The notes beneath the pieces were generated by a model. That model was not told where the DNA came from. It ran no database searches and saw only the letters and a program-made list of their open reading frames with translations. Below, one piece after another: positions 20,912 through 30,669 of a stretch of 64,000 nt of DNA (within the stretch, counting starts at the first letter, position 1; the number at the start of each line of letters is the position of its first letter). This stretch comes from Candidatus Cryptobacteroides intestinavium. Its GTDB lineage: Bacteria; Bacteroidota; Bacteroidia; Bacteroidales; UBA932. A program made the translations under genes and the position numbers. The stretch spans positions 650-64,649 of the forward strand of contig JADIMI010000022.1 in the NCBI GenBank assembly GCA_017694845.1. Reading direction: 5' to 3'.

Positions 20912-22004
20912 CTACTTCCGAATCATCCGCTATGTTGAGGTTGCCTGACACAATGACAGTATCGCCCTCCGCCAGCTCCGCACCTCTGTCAAGATTGGCC
21001 TCGACAGCATAGTCACCGGAATTGCTCATCAGCACATTGACATAAGTCCACTTCGCCCGCCCTTTCGAATAACGGAAAAGCACATACTGGTTGTCCCTGA
21101 TGACCACCGCCGACTTCGGCACGACCAGCCTGCCGGGCACAGGTCTCTCTACTGTCACCTTGACATTCATTCCGTCCACAAAGGAGCCATCATTCGCAAG
21201 ACGGGCACGGACCAGCACCTGCCCGTTCCTGTCCACCGCAGGATTGACAGAGATCACCTTGCCGTATGCAACCCTGCCACCTGTCCCGAACGGGATGACC
21301 TTGACATCCATTCCGACAGACACATTGGGGTATTCTGACTCAAGCACCATAAAGTCCACATCAAAAGACCTGTCATCTATCAATGTACAGAGAGGATCGG
21401 AACCTGTCATATCATATTTTCTGTAGGCTACATCCGCCACAATGCCAGAAAACGGAGCCTTCAATGTCGTCCCTTCGTAATCAAATTCCGCCTTGTCGAG
21501 AGAATTCCTGGCCGAGCTGTAACCGGAACGGGTCCTGGCAATGGCAAGAACATCAGCCGGAACCGCCGATGTATCCCGTGCCGGATATCCGAGTCCGGCA
21601 ATATTATCATACAGATCCAGTTCAGCCTTTGCAAACGATATCCGGGCCGCCTCCAGGGCAAGCCATTTCTCCCTGCTGTCCTGTCTGGCAAGCACCTCCC
21701 CCTCTGACACCCGCTGCCCGTTCCGCACATTCAGCTCTGTCAGCACCCCGGCAGACATAAACGGCAGAGCGCTTCTTCCCGCAGCGACAAGTCTTCCGTT
21801 AGCCAGAAGCTGCCACTGGAAATCAGTCCGCTCCAGTCTCATCACTTCAACCTCGTTGATCTGTGGAGCATACTGCAGCATCTCTCCACCTTCAGTTCCC
21901 TTGTTCCTGTCACTGCCGCAGGAGACTGCCGCAGCAAGCGACAGCAAGGGCAGCATAAAACGGTACAATCCCATAAGCCTTCTATTTAAATCTGTCCGGA
22001 TCAT
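20895..22004 (-). CDS. RND periplasmic adaptor (membrane fusion protein)
   Basis: Lipoyl-like motifs NGQRVSEGEVLA and TLKAPFSGIV; VVPKSAVV; GDTVIVSG. Confidence 0.88.
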   Translation of the reverse strand: MIRTDLNRRLMGLYRFMLPLLSLAAAVSCGSDRNKGTEGGEMLQYAPQINEVEVMRLERTDFQWQLLANGRLVAAGRSALPFMSAGVLTELNVRNGQRVSEGEVLARQDSREKWLALEAARISFAKAELDLYDNIAGLGYPARDTSAVPADVLAIARTRSGYSSARNSLDKAEFDYEGTTLKAPFSGIVADVAYRKYDMTGSDPLCTLIDDRSFDVDFMVLESEYPNVSVGMDVKVIPFGTGGRVAYGKVISVNPAVDRNGQVLVRARLANDGSFVDGMNVKVTVERPVPGRLVVPKSAVVIRDNQYVLFRYSKGRAKWTYVNVLMSNSGDYAVEANLDRGAELAEGDTVIVSGNLNIADDSEVVVKAE

Positions 22005-23491
22005 CTTACCATCTCTTCTTCCGGCACATCAAGATCCTGCCCCGATATAAAATCATACAGGGTCAGTTTCCTGAGCGTATAATAATAATTCCAGAAATTC
22101 TTGATATCCGTAATATATTTCTGTGCCGCCGAGTCATATTCCGCACGTGCAGTGTTAAGATCGGTCACATCGGCAGTTCCGTTGCGGAATTTCTCTATCA
22201 TAAGTCCGTAACGCTCTTCCGCGATCTCGCTGGCCCGTCTCGATGCATTGCACTGCTGCCGCTGATTGTTGAACTGGCCGACCGCCGTGAACACCGACCG
22301 TCTGAAATCGTTCTCCGCCTGTGCGACCTGTGCTCTGACGACATCTGCCGCCGCCTCGGCCTCCTTCACCCTGCCACGTCCCATCCCCCAGTCGAATACA
22401 GGGATACTGAATGTCAGTCCGACCACCTCCTGGTCGACAAGATTCCGGTATGTCTCCCTGAATCCCGAATCGGAATTGGAAAGTCCGAACCTGGCATTGA
22501 TCTCCACTGAATATCCCCTTGCCGCCCTGGCCTGGGCTATGTCCGATTCTGCAGTCAGAAGACTTATCTCGTTATCGAGGGAGAAAGACGAATTCTCAAG
22601 AGCCTTGGCCAGCACCATATCGTAATCCATTGCAATATCTGGAAGATACTCATCCTGCACCGGCTCCACCTCGGACCGGTCATCAAATCCCAGAAGGGAA
22701 TTCAGAGCCATCTGCGCCTCCCTCACCTTGACGGAATTCTCATTGATGGATATGCTGTCGTTGAGCATCCTCAGCTCGAGCTGAAGATATTCATCCCTCG
22801 TCGTGCTGCCTATCTTCATCCTCTCCCGGGCGATGCCGAGAAGCCTGGTCGTGTTCCCGAAATTCTTCCGGGCAAGATCCAGGTCATTCCTGGCGACAAG
22901 CAGGGCGAAATAGCAGTCCACCGCCTTGATCGTAACTTCCTCCATTGACTCTACATATACCCTTCTCGCCTTTTCGTACTCCTTGGGAGAAATCTTTCTT
23001 GCCCATTTGAACGAATTGTACGCGAAAAGAGGCTGGCTGTACGAGACAGTCACCGGCTGGGAATACCAGGTGTTGCTGCGCGACTGACCGAATTCATCTA
23101 TTCTCGTCAGGTCGGAATACAGGGAAAGCGTTCCTCCTGTGAACCCGATATTCTGCCGGATGGACAGCCCCAGGCTGTTCTGCATATTATAGTTGCTGGT
23201 ATAGACAAGTTCCCCCGTCTCGAAATTCTGAAGCTGTCTCAACGACCTGTCGAACGAAGCAAGATTGCCGTAAAGGTTCAGTGACGGCAGACGGCTCGCT
23301 TTCCATGAACGCCACGCCCAGTAGCTCGACACGAAAGATGACCGTGCCGCCAGCGCCTCTACAGACTGCATCCTCGCCACTCCGATAGCCTCATCCAGTG
23401 TCAGCCGCTGGGCATGCAGACCATGCCACTGGAAAAAGATGCCTGCCAATACTGCAGCGACCGATATCAATCCTCTTCTGTTCATACACAA
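22001..23491 (-). CDS. TolC family outer membrane channel
   Basis: Signal peptide, LTLDEAI, YSQPLF, FSIPVFDWG; helical repeats; in operon with MFP and RND. Confidence 0.88.
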   Translation of the reverse strand: MCMNRRGLISVAAVLAGIFFQWHGLHAQRLTLDEAIGVARMQSVEALAARSSFVSSYWAWRSWKASRLPSLNLYGNLASFDRSLRQLQNFETGELVYTSNYNMQNSLGLSIRQNIGFTGGTLSLYSDLTRIDEFGQSRSNTWYSQPVTVSYSQPLFAYNSFKWARKISPKEYEKARRVYVESMEEVTIKAVDCYFALLVARNDLDLARKNFGNTTRLLGIARERMKIGSTTRDEYLQLELRMLNDSISINENSVKVREAQMALNSLLGFDDRSEVEPVQDEYLPDIAMDYDMVLAKALENSSFSLDNEISLLTAESDIAQARAARGYSVEINARFGLSNSDSGFRETYRNLVDQEVVGLTFSIPVFDWGMGRGRVKEAEAAADVVRAQVAQAENDFRRSVFTAVGQFNNQRQQCNASRRASEIAEERYGLMIEKFRNGTADVTDLNTARAEYDSAAQKYITDIKNFWNYYYTLRKLTLYDFISGQDLDVPEEEMVR

Positions 23492-23515
23492 ATTGCCATA
23501 AATCCTTACAAATAT

Positions 23516-24568
23516 TCAGTCCAGAACACCTGACAGATCGTAGCGGAGTATCCTGCCATATATATTGTCAATGCAGTACAGATATCCTGTACGGTTATCA
23601 TACGCCAGATCCCCTATATTCTCTGCGACCTTGACGTTGCAGATGAAATTGCCATCCCAGTCGAAGACATGAACCGATGTGCCTGCCCCTTCTTCATTCA
23701 GCCTGCCCAGAGGAAGACCCTTGTACGAAGCTATTATATACTCCGGAGCAGGACTTATTCCGGCGTAATATTCAACGGTATTCATATCGAACTGCCGGCC
23801 AAGCACTCTTTCCCATTGCCTGTAGGAACGATCTACCGCCACCGTCCTGATCTGCCCTGATTCAGTATCAATTATGTTGATTTGAGGAAACAGAAGCATG
23901 GCCTCCGCCACCTTGCCGGTTCGCCCGTCATTTGCCAGGAGGCTGCTCAGATAAGTCACATAGTTATCTCCTATGATATGACGGTACGGATGAAACGACG
24001 TTGTCTCTCCGTTTTCTCTGACGGCATAGAACACCGACTCTCCATTTTCCTGCTGCAGCTGCAACTGTCCTTGTCCAGGCAATGGCAGCCAGGCCATATT
24101 CCCTGTCGGCAAAGTATAGTTGCGGGTTATTGCCGCTTTACCCGACCTGATGGACTCCATTACATCCACGGCATAGGCCTGTCCTGTTTGGCTCGCTTTC
24201 AGAATCAAGGATTTCTCCGTCGAGGCACACCGGACAATACGCGGATCTATCATCTCGCCCGGGCCGCGGCCGTTACGGATAAAGCCTCCAAGGTAATTGA
24301 ACGACAATGTGGAATATGCCTTGAAACAATACGGGCTGCCTTCACTGACCTGGTCCCTGAACACTATGACAGTATCACTCACTATCTGGATGCCGCTGCA
24401 GTTGAGTACCTCAGGAAAGGCACAGCGGAAGGCCGTGTCGGGAGCAACCGACACGACCTTTTCGGGACTGACCAGCCTTACCGCCGCTCCATCTACGATT
24501 CCTCTGTCGTGACACGACACAACGACCGCAGCGGACACAAGAAGGACAACTTTTTTAAAACAGTTCAT
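23516..24568 (-). CDS. Beta-propeller (TolB-like/BF3164-like) lipoprotein, module 1
   Basis: Lipobox VVSC; family motifs GRGPGE and VFDWDG; starts 7 nt after the module 1 peptide stop. Confidence 0.8.
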   Translation of the reverse strand: MNCFKKVVLLVSAAVVVSCHDRGIVDGAAVRLVSPEKVVSVAPDTAFRCAFPEVLNCSGIQIVSDTVIVFRDQVSEGSPYCFKAYSTLSFNYLGGFIRNGRGPGEMIDPRIVRCASTEKSLILKASQTGQAYAVDVMESIRSGKAAITRNYTLPTGNMAWLPLPGQGQLQLQQENGESVFYAVRENGETTSFHPYRHIIGDNYVTYLSSLLANDGRTGKVAEAMLLFPQINIIDTESGQIRTVAVDRSYRQWERVLGRQFDMNTVEYYAGISPAPEYIIASYKGLPLGRLNEEGAGTSVHVFDWDGNFICNVKVAENIGDLAYDNRTGYLYCIDNIYGRILRYDLSGVLD

Positions 24569-24574
24569 ACAAAA

Positions 24575-24745
24575 TCAATTACAAAATGCCACATAATCCA
24601 TAGCATAATCACCCATCGGGCCATCACAGTCTGTACATAATTTCATACGATAGTTTCCACTTTTCCCTGTCTGAGAACACATAGGGCCAAATCCGCCTCC
24701 TTCATTTCTTGTCAATGCCTCGACATTGGCTTCGAAAATAGGATC
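24575..24745 (-). other. Leaderless NVEALA-type peptide cassette, module 1
   Basis: DPIFEANVEALTRNEGGGFGPMCSQ...VAFCN* with 4 Cys. Homology begins ~13 nt after the stop of the upstream gene; no MKKMIVAA leader. Confidence 0.75.
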
Positions 24746-24758
24746 TTCTCCATTATTG

Positions 24759-25793
24759 TCAATCCTGTATTCTGGCAAGGTGGTCATCCAATGTAAGACA
24801 GTACAGATCACCGTCACTGTCAACATCAAGCGCTATGATATCCACATCCGTCTGCAAGACTTTCTTCGGCCTACCTTTCCAGTCGAAAATTCTGATTTCG
24901 CGTCCGTAGGACGAATGATCCTCTGTACAGAGACGGCCTGAATATATCGTATATATGTAACGGTCGTCACAACACACATCAATATAACCTTTTCTCGTGT
25001 CATCAGTAATTGTACGTCCTGCCAATCCATACTTTGTGATAAACGTTTCACATTCAGGTTCAAACAACGTCGGGCCTTTTATAAACTGAACCGTATCCTT
25101 TACGAAATCATATATTTCAAGCTGATCTGCAAATCTGCAGGCTATAACGCTCTTTTTGTGCCTGGAATTGTATTTTATCACTCCATCATACGAAGTCATC
25201 ACAAGCCGGCTGAGCTTCCCTTGTTCCGTATCCGGAGAATAACATACTTTTCTTACTACCGATGTATCCTTCAGGTCGTAGACCACAAAACGGGAATCTT
25301 CATACGATGCCATCACCAGAAGACTATTATCTTCGTAACCGCATATCGCACTTGAATGTACTCCGTTGATCAACGAAGAAGTGTGTCTCGCGGATATATA
25401 CCAGTCCTTATCAAGACTGTCCAAAGGAATCTCCAACATATTCACCAGAGTGATATCATTGACCACTACCACAGAGTCAGGCTCTGTCATAGCAAAATAA
25501 AATGCCCCGATTGTCTCTCCCGGGCCCCTGCCTTTCCTGAGGGCTCTCGTGAGGTTTCCCGTCCGGGTATCATATATGTACATCTGACATTCCGTGGATC
25601 TGTCGTCTTTCATCAGGATCTTATCCCCGAAACAGTATAATCTTGTGGGATGATAAAGACCTGGAACATCCAGCACTTCCATTTCTATATGTTCCGCTCT
25701 TGGTAAGTCCCTGACAAACAGGATGTCTTCATTTTTGGTACTGCAAGCCTGCAGTACCAAAAGCATCAATATCACCAAATAATATTTCCTCAT
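24759..25793 (-). CDS. Beta-propeller lipoprotein, module 2
   Basis: Likely start MRKYYLV at 25793, lipobox LQAC; GRGPGE; IFDWKG. Confidence 0.8.
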   Translation of the reverse strand: MRKYYLVILMLLVLQACSTKNEDILFVRDLPRAEHIEMEVLDVPGLYHPTRLYCFGDKILMKDDRSTECQMYIYDTRTGNLTRALRKGRGPGETIGAFYFAMTEPDSVVVVNDITLVNMLEIPLDSLDKDWYISARHTSSLINGVHSSAICGYEDNSLLVMASYEDSRFVVYDLKDTSVVRKVCYSPDTEQGKLSRLVMTSYDGVIKYNSRHKKSVIACRFADQLEIYDFVKDTVQFIKGPTLFEPECETFITKYGLAGRTITDDTRKGYIDVCCDDRYIYTIYSGRLCTEDHSSYGREIRIFDWKGRPKKVLQTDVDIIALDVDSDGDLYCLTLDDHLARIQD

Positions 25794-25798
25794 ATCAT

Positions 25799-26008
25799 TT
25801 AACATGGTCCAATATCTTTTTTGTTCGTATATCCGGAAATATTTACTCAACTAAAAGAACAAGTATCATTTTCATCCGGACAACAAGTTCCACTGATGTC
25901 TTCACCTCTTGTCAATGCCTCGACATTGGCTTCGAAGATCGGATCACTCTTATTAACGATAGTCCACAGAGCCAATACTCCTCCGGCTGCCATAGCTGCT
26001 ACAGCTGC
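25799..26008 (-). pseudogene. 5'-truncated NVEALA-type peptide gene with an internal stop, module 2
   Basis: Manual translation AAVAAMAAGGVLALWTIVNKSDPIFEANVEALTRGEDISGTCCPDENDTCSFS*VNISGYTNKKDIGPC*. TGA at 25847-25849; the MKKMIV start is missing. Not in the ORF track. Confidence 0.75.
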
Positions 26009-26017
26009 CTGTGTCTA

Positions 26018-26081
26018 CAAAGGCAGGCAATATTCTGCCGTCTTATTAACACTCTTTAGGCAAAAATTAACACTCTTTAGG
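26018..26081 (-). promoter_or_regulatory. Direct-repeat promoter element, copy A (-7 box degenerate: TGCCTTTG)
   Basis: ATTAACACTCTTTAGG at 26045 and 26066 (21-bp period), 19 nt from the -7-like box. Confidence 0.7.
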
Positions 26082-26127
26082 ATTTTTATCGGAACTTTCT
26101 CGCAACCTCGCAGAAAAAGGCTGAAGG

Positions 26128-27189
26128 CTATAGTGAAACAAGTACCAGAACTTCTTCCGCAGTGTCCGGATTCTCTTCACGAACGTGATTTTCCCTGTAG
26201 ATTGCATAGCCTCCGGTAATCCCGACCATATACATCCCAGAAATTTGTTCAGTCAATATATTCGCTGTCCCTTCGGCCCGCTCTATGATAAAATCCTTGA
26301 TTTCCTTTCCCTCCAGCACACTCCCGATTATGAAATCGTCTCCGACACTGACCGATTTCACCAGCATAGTATAGCCGCCGAAATCCGAACGGTATTTCCC
26401 GATATCCTTTCTTGCCTTGTCCGGAACTCTTCTCTGGCCGAAATCAAAAACATATTTCTTTACAATATCCCCGCTATATGTCAAAGCATATACACAGTCA
26501 TCTATCGGACGGTGGTAATATATGGTTCTGTCCGCTGTCTGGAAACCTGCAGACGGGAAAGCGTAATTCGGGTCTATGAATTCACTATATTCCAGCATTG
26601 ACTTTTCCACATTCAGTTCTCTATCCGTAACTATGAGCCTTTTTCCGCCATATTTTGATGAATCCCACGGAGCAAGCGAAAACAGAAACCGGCCGTCTTC
26701 AAGAACCTTTATGAATTCCACTTCAAAAGGGAAATCTCTGGATTCAACGCATTCCCCTTCAGGAGAATAATGCAGCAGCATATCCTGCTGTCCGTCAACT
26801 ACCCAGACCGAGCCGTCCCCGTCAACATCGAAATCGGTAATCTGAAGATATTCTCCCGGACCACGCCCCCGTCTTGACAGACATCCCACCGGCGCTCCGC
26901 CAGAATCATATATCACGATCTTCCGGTGTATCCAGTCCAATATATAAAAACGGTCTTGGTGACAGACTATCTTGTCTATTTCCGAAAATATATAGTCCTT
27001 GCTGCCTCCCGGATCCAACACGACTCGTTTTATTCTGTCCGGAAACAATACGTTCGGACTTTCGCACGGAACCTGTCCGTAACTGTTGAACGGGATGGTC
27101 TCCTCCGCAAACGGAGTCTCTTCCGCTACGCGGCAGGAATATGCACCGACAACGGCAAATAGGGCAAGTATAAATGTTTTTGTTCTCAT
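26128..27189 (-). CDS. Six-bladed beta-propeller lipoprotein (DUF5128-like), module 3
   Basis: Likely start MRTKTFIL at 27189, lipobox AYSC; FYILD, RGRGPGEYLQITDFDV. Confidence 0.82.
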   Translation of the reverse strand: MRTKTFILALFAVVGAYSCRVAEETPFAEETIPFNSYGQVPCESPNVLFPDRIKRVVLDPGGSKDYIFSEIDKIVCHQDRFYILDWIHRKIVIYDSGGAPVGCLSRRGRGPGEYLQITDFDVDGDGSVWVVDGQQDMLLHYSPEGECVESRDFPFEVEFIKVLEDGRFLFSLAPWDSSKYGGKRLIVTDRELNVEKSMLEYSEFIDPNYAFPSAGFQTADRTIYYHRPIDDCVYALTYSGDIVKKYVFDFGQRRVPDKARKDIGKYRSDFGGYTMLVKSVSVGDDFIIGSVLEGKEIKDFIIERAEGTANILTEQISGMYMVGITGGYAIYRENHVREENPDTAEEVLVLVSL

Positions 27190-27232
27190 AGCATTGCGCT
27201 CATTCAGGAGACGTCTGAGAGTCTCCTTTTCT

Positions 27233-27466
27233 CTAATTGCATCCATACAGATCCTTACAAGGAACCGTATTTTCACAGTGGCAGAATATATTGCCGTGCA
27301 CATTTTCTCTCTTAGGTCCGGTACATCCAGGACCTCCTTCATACCTTGTCAACGCCTCGACATTGGCTTCGAAAATAGGATCGCTCTGGTTGACGATAGT
27401 CCGCAGTGCCACTGCTCCTCCGGCTGCCATAGCTGCTACGGCTGCCGCGACAATCATTTTTTTCAT
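27233..27466 (-). CDS. Intact NVEALA-type secreted peptide, module 3
   Basis: MKKMIVAAAVAAMAAGGAVAL signal-like leader, SDPIFEANVEALT, and a 5-Cys tail. Confidence 0.85.
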   Translation of the reverse strand: MKKMIVAAAVAAMAAGGAVALRTIVNQSDPIFEANVEALTRYEGGPGCTGPKRENVHGNIFCHCENTVPCKDLYGCN

Positions 27467-27488
27467 AACTACTCTGTTTTAATGTTTA

Positions 27489-28049
27489 TTAATTATTTTT
27501 GGTATCTGCAAGAACATTCTGGAAGATATCCTGCAGCTTTTCACTCCCTAAAGGATTGCCCACAAAGACCGGACGGCCGTCTCCGCCTATCAGAAAACTG
27601 TGGAACCGTTCATCTTCCGGTATCCCCGCGTTCTCTCTGGCAAAACTTCCGTAGGTATCTACATATACTGGAAAACTGAAATCCTGTACTGCAAGTTGAA
27701 GCCGGACATCCTCCAACTCTTCTGATCTAGGTGAAAAAATCGTCACAACATCATAATGGCCCTCTTCCGCAGCATCACGATACAGGGGTTCCAACTCTAT
27801 CAGATGCGATATGCGGCAACTGGAACAGTCTGTAGAATCATAATATATTATCATCTTTACCGAATTGAGACTGTCCAAGACAGCCATTCTGAAGCCTCCT
27901 TCATCATATACTTCCATATCAGACGGCAACATTATCTCTGTCTCCTTAAAAGACGACAGAACCCGTCTTATTTCGTTGCTCTCTCCGCACGAACTCAACA
28001 GTATCAGAACAAGACTGACCAAAAGAATACGGTTGGATAATTTTCTCAT
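27489..28049 (-). CDS. CxxC-containing lipoprotein, probably thioredoxin-like fold
   Basis: Lipobox LSSC; IIYYDSTDCSSC; FPVYVD; FHSFLI...VFVGNP. Confidence 0.7.
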   Translation of the reverse strand: MRKLSNRILLVSLVLILLSSCGESNEIRRVLSSFKETEIMLPSDMEVYDEGGFRMAVLDSLNSVKMIIYYDSTDCSSCRISHLIELEPLYRDAAEEGHYDVVTIFSPRSEELEDVRLQLAVQDFSFPVYVDTYGSFARENAGIPEDERFHSFLIGGDGRPVFVGNPLGSEKLQDIFQNVLADTKNN

Positions 28050-28175
28050 ACAATTGTGTCATTATGTGGTTCTTTATACATTCGCTATATCATCCAAAAA
28101 ATCCTGAATGAAATTTGGCTTCTTGACAAATTACTTGCTCCGGCTTTATTGTTATCAATCGGCTTTCTGTGTCTA

Positions 28176-28239
28176 CAAAGGTAGGCAATATTCCACCGTT
28201 TTATTAACACTCTTTAGGCAAAAATTAACACTCTTTAGG
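28176..28239 (-). promoter_or_regulatory. Direct-repeat promoter element, copy B
   Basis: Perfect ATTAACACTCTTTAGG at 28203 and 28224; TACCTTTG (TAnnTTTG) 19 nt downstream on the minus strand. Confidence 0.75.
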
Positions 28240-28264
28240 ATTTTTACAGAAAACTCTGCATTAG

Positions 28265-28295
28265 TATATACGCATACTCCCAGAAAAGCACTTTA
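28265..28295 (-). promoter_or_regulatory. ECF-like promoter motif copy (TAAAGTG-N14-TGCGTATATA)
   Basis: Resembles the motif upstream of fecR, with the same spacing. Confidence 0.45.
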
Positions 28296-28322
28296 AACAA
28301 ATTTATTTTTCATAACTCTCAA

Positions 28323-29387
28323 TCATAATTTGCGGAATACCCTTATTTCAGGTTCAGCAGTCCCCATTAGGCAATACATCTCACCGGACAGACGGTCAAC
28401 ATCAAACGAAATCACAGGAGTATCGAAAATATACGCCGCTCCCGGATGGCCAGCCCAGTCAAATGACAGAATGGTTCTGAATCCTTGCTCCCTACGTGCT
28501 CCCGGACGAGGCATTTCTATCCCGTAATACCCCGCATAGAACCCTTCCGCATCTGATACCACATTGTCATATGCCACGAATTTCGGCTCCTGCGTAAATC
28601 TGTATCCTCCCGGACCTGCCTTCTCTGACTTCAACTCTATGTCCATCTGTTCAGGACCGCGCAGACGCCGCTGCAAAGCAAAATCCTCCCCGTATATATC
28701 AATGTAGTCTATCGATCGGAAGGCAGTAACTATATGACGCAGATCTGGCGAGACGGATATGTCCGACTGAAGAACGGCATTGTTGATATTCGAAATTCCG
28801 GAAATCCCTTCCGTCGGAAAGCTACCCACGGTATCCACAGGACCACCTGTCTCCGACAGAATATTCATCCTTGTTCCTGAAGATCCCGATGACAGGGTCA
28901 CATACCTGTCCCCAAACGGAACTATCCGCATAAACTGAATTCCTTCTATACTCATCGATGTGTCCGGGCTGAATGCCCTCTCCGTGACATCGTATGCAAG
29001 CCTCAGCACCTTGTTCTCCATAATGCTTGACAGGCAGACTTCTTCTCCTGTCATCGATATATCCCTGAGACTGAGCAGTTCATTCCACGCCCGACCTTTT
29101 GAAATTGACGCTGTATATGTACCTTCTTCAAGATCTATGATTTTCAGCTGCCTGTCCCCTTTCACCTCGCGTACGAATAGAAATCCATCCTTGTGTTTCC
29201 TGACTATGTACGGCCGACCGAATTCAAGTCCATCTATTGCAACCTGCTCTCCTTCCTTGTATGACAGCTCCACCGTCCTGAATTCTTCCATCCGGAAAAC
29301 GACAGTCTCACTGTCTTCCGTCACTCTGCAGGAAAAACACAGAATCGAAATAACCAGAAGGACAGCGGCCCTATATATCGGATACAT
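28323..29387 (-). CDS. Beta-propeller lipoprotein, module 4
   Basis: Likely start MYPIY at 29387, lipobox CFSC; KGRAWNEL; VSPD; SFDWAG. Confidence 0.8.
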   Translation of the reverse strand: MYPIYRAAVLLVISILCFSCRVTEDSETVVFRMEEFRTVELSYKEGEQVAIDGLEFGRPYIVRKHKDGFLFVREVKGDRQLKIIDLEEGTYTASISKGRAWNELLSLRDISMTGEEVCLSSIMENKVLRLAYDVTERAFSPDTSMSIEGIQFMRIVPFGDRYVTLSSGSSGTRMNILSETGGPVDTVGSFPTEGISGISNINNAVLQSDISVSPDLRHIVTAFRSIDYIDIYGEDFALQRRLRGPEQMDIELKSEKAGPGGYRFTQEPKFVAYDNVVSDAEGFYAGYYGIEMPRPGARREQGFRTILSFDWAGHPGAAYIFDTPVISFDVDRLSGEMYCLMGTAEPEIRVFRKL

Positions 29388-29388
29388 A

Positions 29389-29553
29389 TTATTTCCCATT
29401 ATAATCCATATCTACACAATTAATGTCATAACCATATATAGTCACCAAGACACATACCCAACCATTGGCATCATAGCAATAGTCCTTGCATAAGTGAATC
29501 GGATTTTCTATCCTTGTCAACGCCTCGACATTGGCTTCGAAAACACACGGATC
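29389..29553 (-). other. Leaderless NVEALA-type peptide cassette, module 4
   Basis: Manual translation DPCVFEANVEALTRIENPIHLCKDYCYDANGWVCVLVTIYGYDINCVDMDYNGK*. Begins 2 nt after the upstream stop; no leader. Not in the ORF track. Confidence 0.78.
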
Positions 29554-29555
29554 TC

Positions 29556-30665
29556 CTACAACCGGATCCGGCCTATATATGCTCTGCCTTCAATATCTTT
29601 TATCACCGCATATATGGTATTCTCCCCTTTGTCCAAACATAATCTTTCTATCCTGTAGTCGGTACGTATCTTTTTCAGGGCCCGCCCTTCCCAGTCGAAT
29701 ACGGCAATATTGCGATATGATAAACTTTGTTCTTCAGGTGGTCTGTTCCTGTTTTCAGACATCCTGACTTCTCCTCCATATGCAGCATATATGACATCAT
29801 CTTCAGCATACAGATCGCTGAAGCAATCAAGAAGATTGTCGTAGTTATATCTGTTTCCCTCAATGCTGAAATCCGGTTCTATGAAGTATCTTGTCGCCTT
29901 GTTCCTTATCTCTCCGTTTTTAAGGGAAAAAATCTCGAGGATACCTCCCAATGAAGAGGCAATCGCCATCTTTTCTTCATCAGGAGATACCGCTATGATT
30001 TCATTCGTGTACATCATAAACCTTTTCCTGTCGTTGTCTATTACCGGAAATTCGTTGTATGCTGAAAGGATATTGCCGTATCTGTCCCTCATTTCCAGTC
30101 TCATTACCTTCGAAGTATCCCTTTGCAGATACCCTATATTGTAGGTAAGCAGGTTCCCTTTCTCCAGCTTGAGATTATGAACATTCCATCTCGGAACCTG
30201 CCATTGGACTTCGTCCACTGCATCAAGCCCGAGTTCTGTCAGCACATCTATATTGACATTCACCTGCTTTGCTGCAAGGTTGTCCGAGAAAGTCATTGTG
30301 CCTGTGACATGGCTGAAACTAATGTTCGAGGCGAAAAGAAGTTCCTTTGGACCCCGCCCATAGTTCAGAATATGCATTGGCGGCCCTACGTTCCCCTTGT
30401 CATAAAGATGCATTATCTTGCCGTCTTCCAGACTTACGGAACAGACAATGATTTTCGACCCTCGTACTGTAATATCGGAAATTGCGTTGAGTCCGAATAA
30501 CTCATCTGATATCACTTCAAATTCCGCTTCTGCCGTCTCCTTGAATCCGGGGAAAGAATATTCAGATTTCTGAATATCGCCATTGCATCCCGGCAGAATC
30601 TGGAAAACGGAAAGCATCATCGCTATGTAATAGCACAATGCCGGATATATGATATTTTTCTCCAT
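29556..30665 (-). CDS. Beta-propeller lipoprotein, module 5
   Basis: Likely start MEKNII at 30665, lipobox LPGC; YGRGPKEL; VSPD; VFDWEG. Confidence 0.8.
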   Translation of the reverse strand: MEKNIIYPALCYYIAMMLSVFQILPGCNGDIQKSEYSFPGFKETAEAEFEVISDELFGLNAISDITVRGSKIIVCSVSLEDGKIMHLYDKGNVGPPMHILNYGRGPKELLFASNISFSHVTGTMTFSDNLAAKQVNVNIDVLTELGLDAVDEVQWQVPRWNVHNLKLEKGNLLTYNIGYLQRDTSKVMRLEMRDRYGNILSAYNEFPVIDNDRKRFMMYTNEIIAVSPDEEKMAIASSLGGILEIFSLKNGEIRNKATRYFIEPDFSIEGNRYNYDNLLDCFSDLYAEDDVIYAAYGGEVRMSENRNRPPEEQSLSYRNIAVFDWEGRALKKIRTDYRIERLCLDKGENTIYAVIKDIEGRAYIGRIRL

Positions 30666-30669
30666 AATG

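Noticed and set aside
25847-25849. In-frame TGA as selenocysteine or recoding
   Set aside because: No SECIS-like hairpin is evident, the gene is also 5'-truncated, and TGA is a normal stop elsewhere in the window.
26045-26081. 21-bp-period repeats as plasmid iterons or invertible-promoter ends
   Set aside because: There are only two units per site, they are direct rather than inverted, no rep or invertase gene is present, and the fixed distance to a -7 box fits an operator better.
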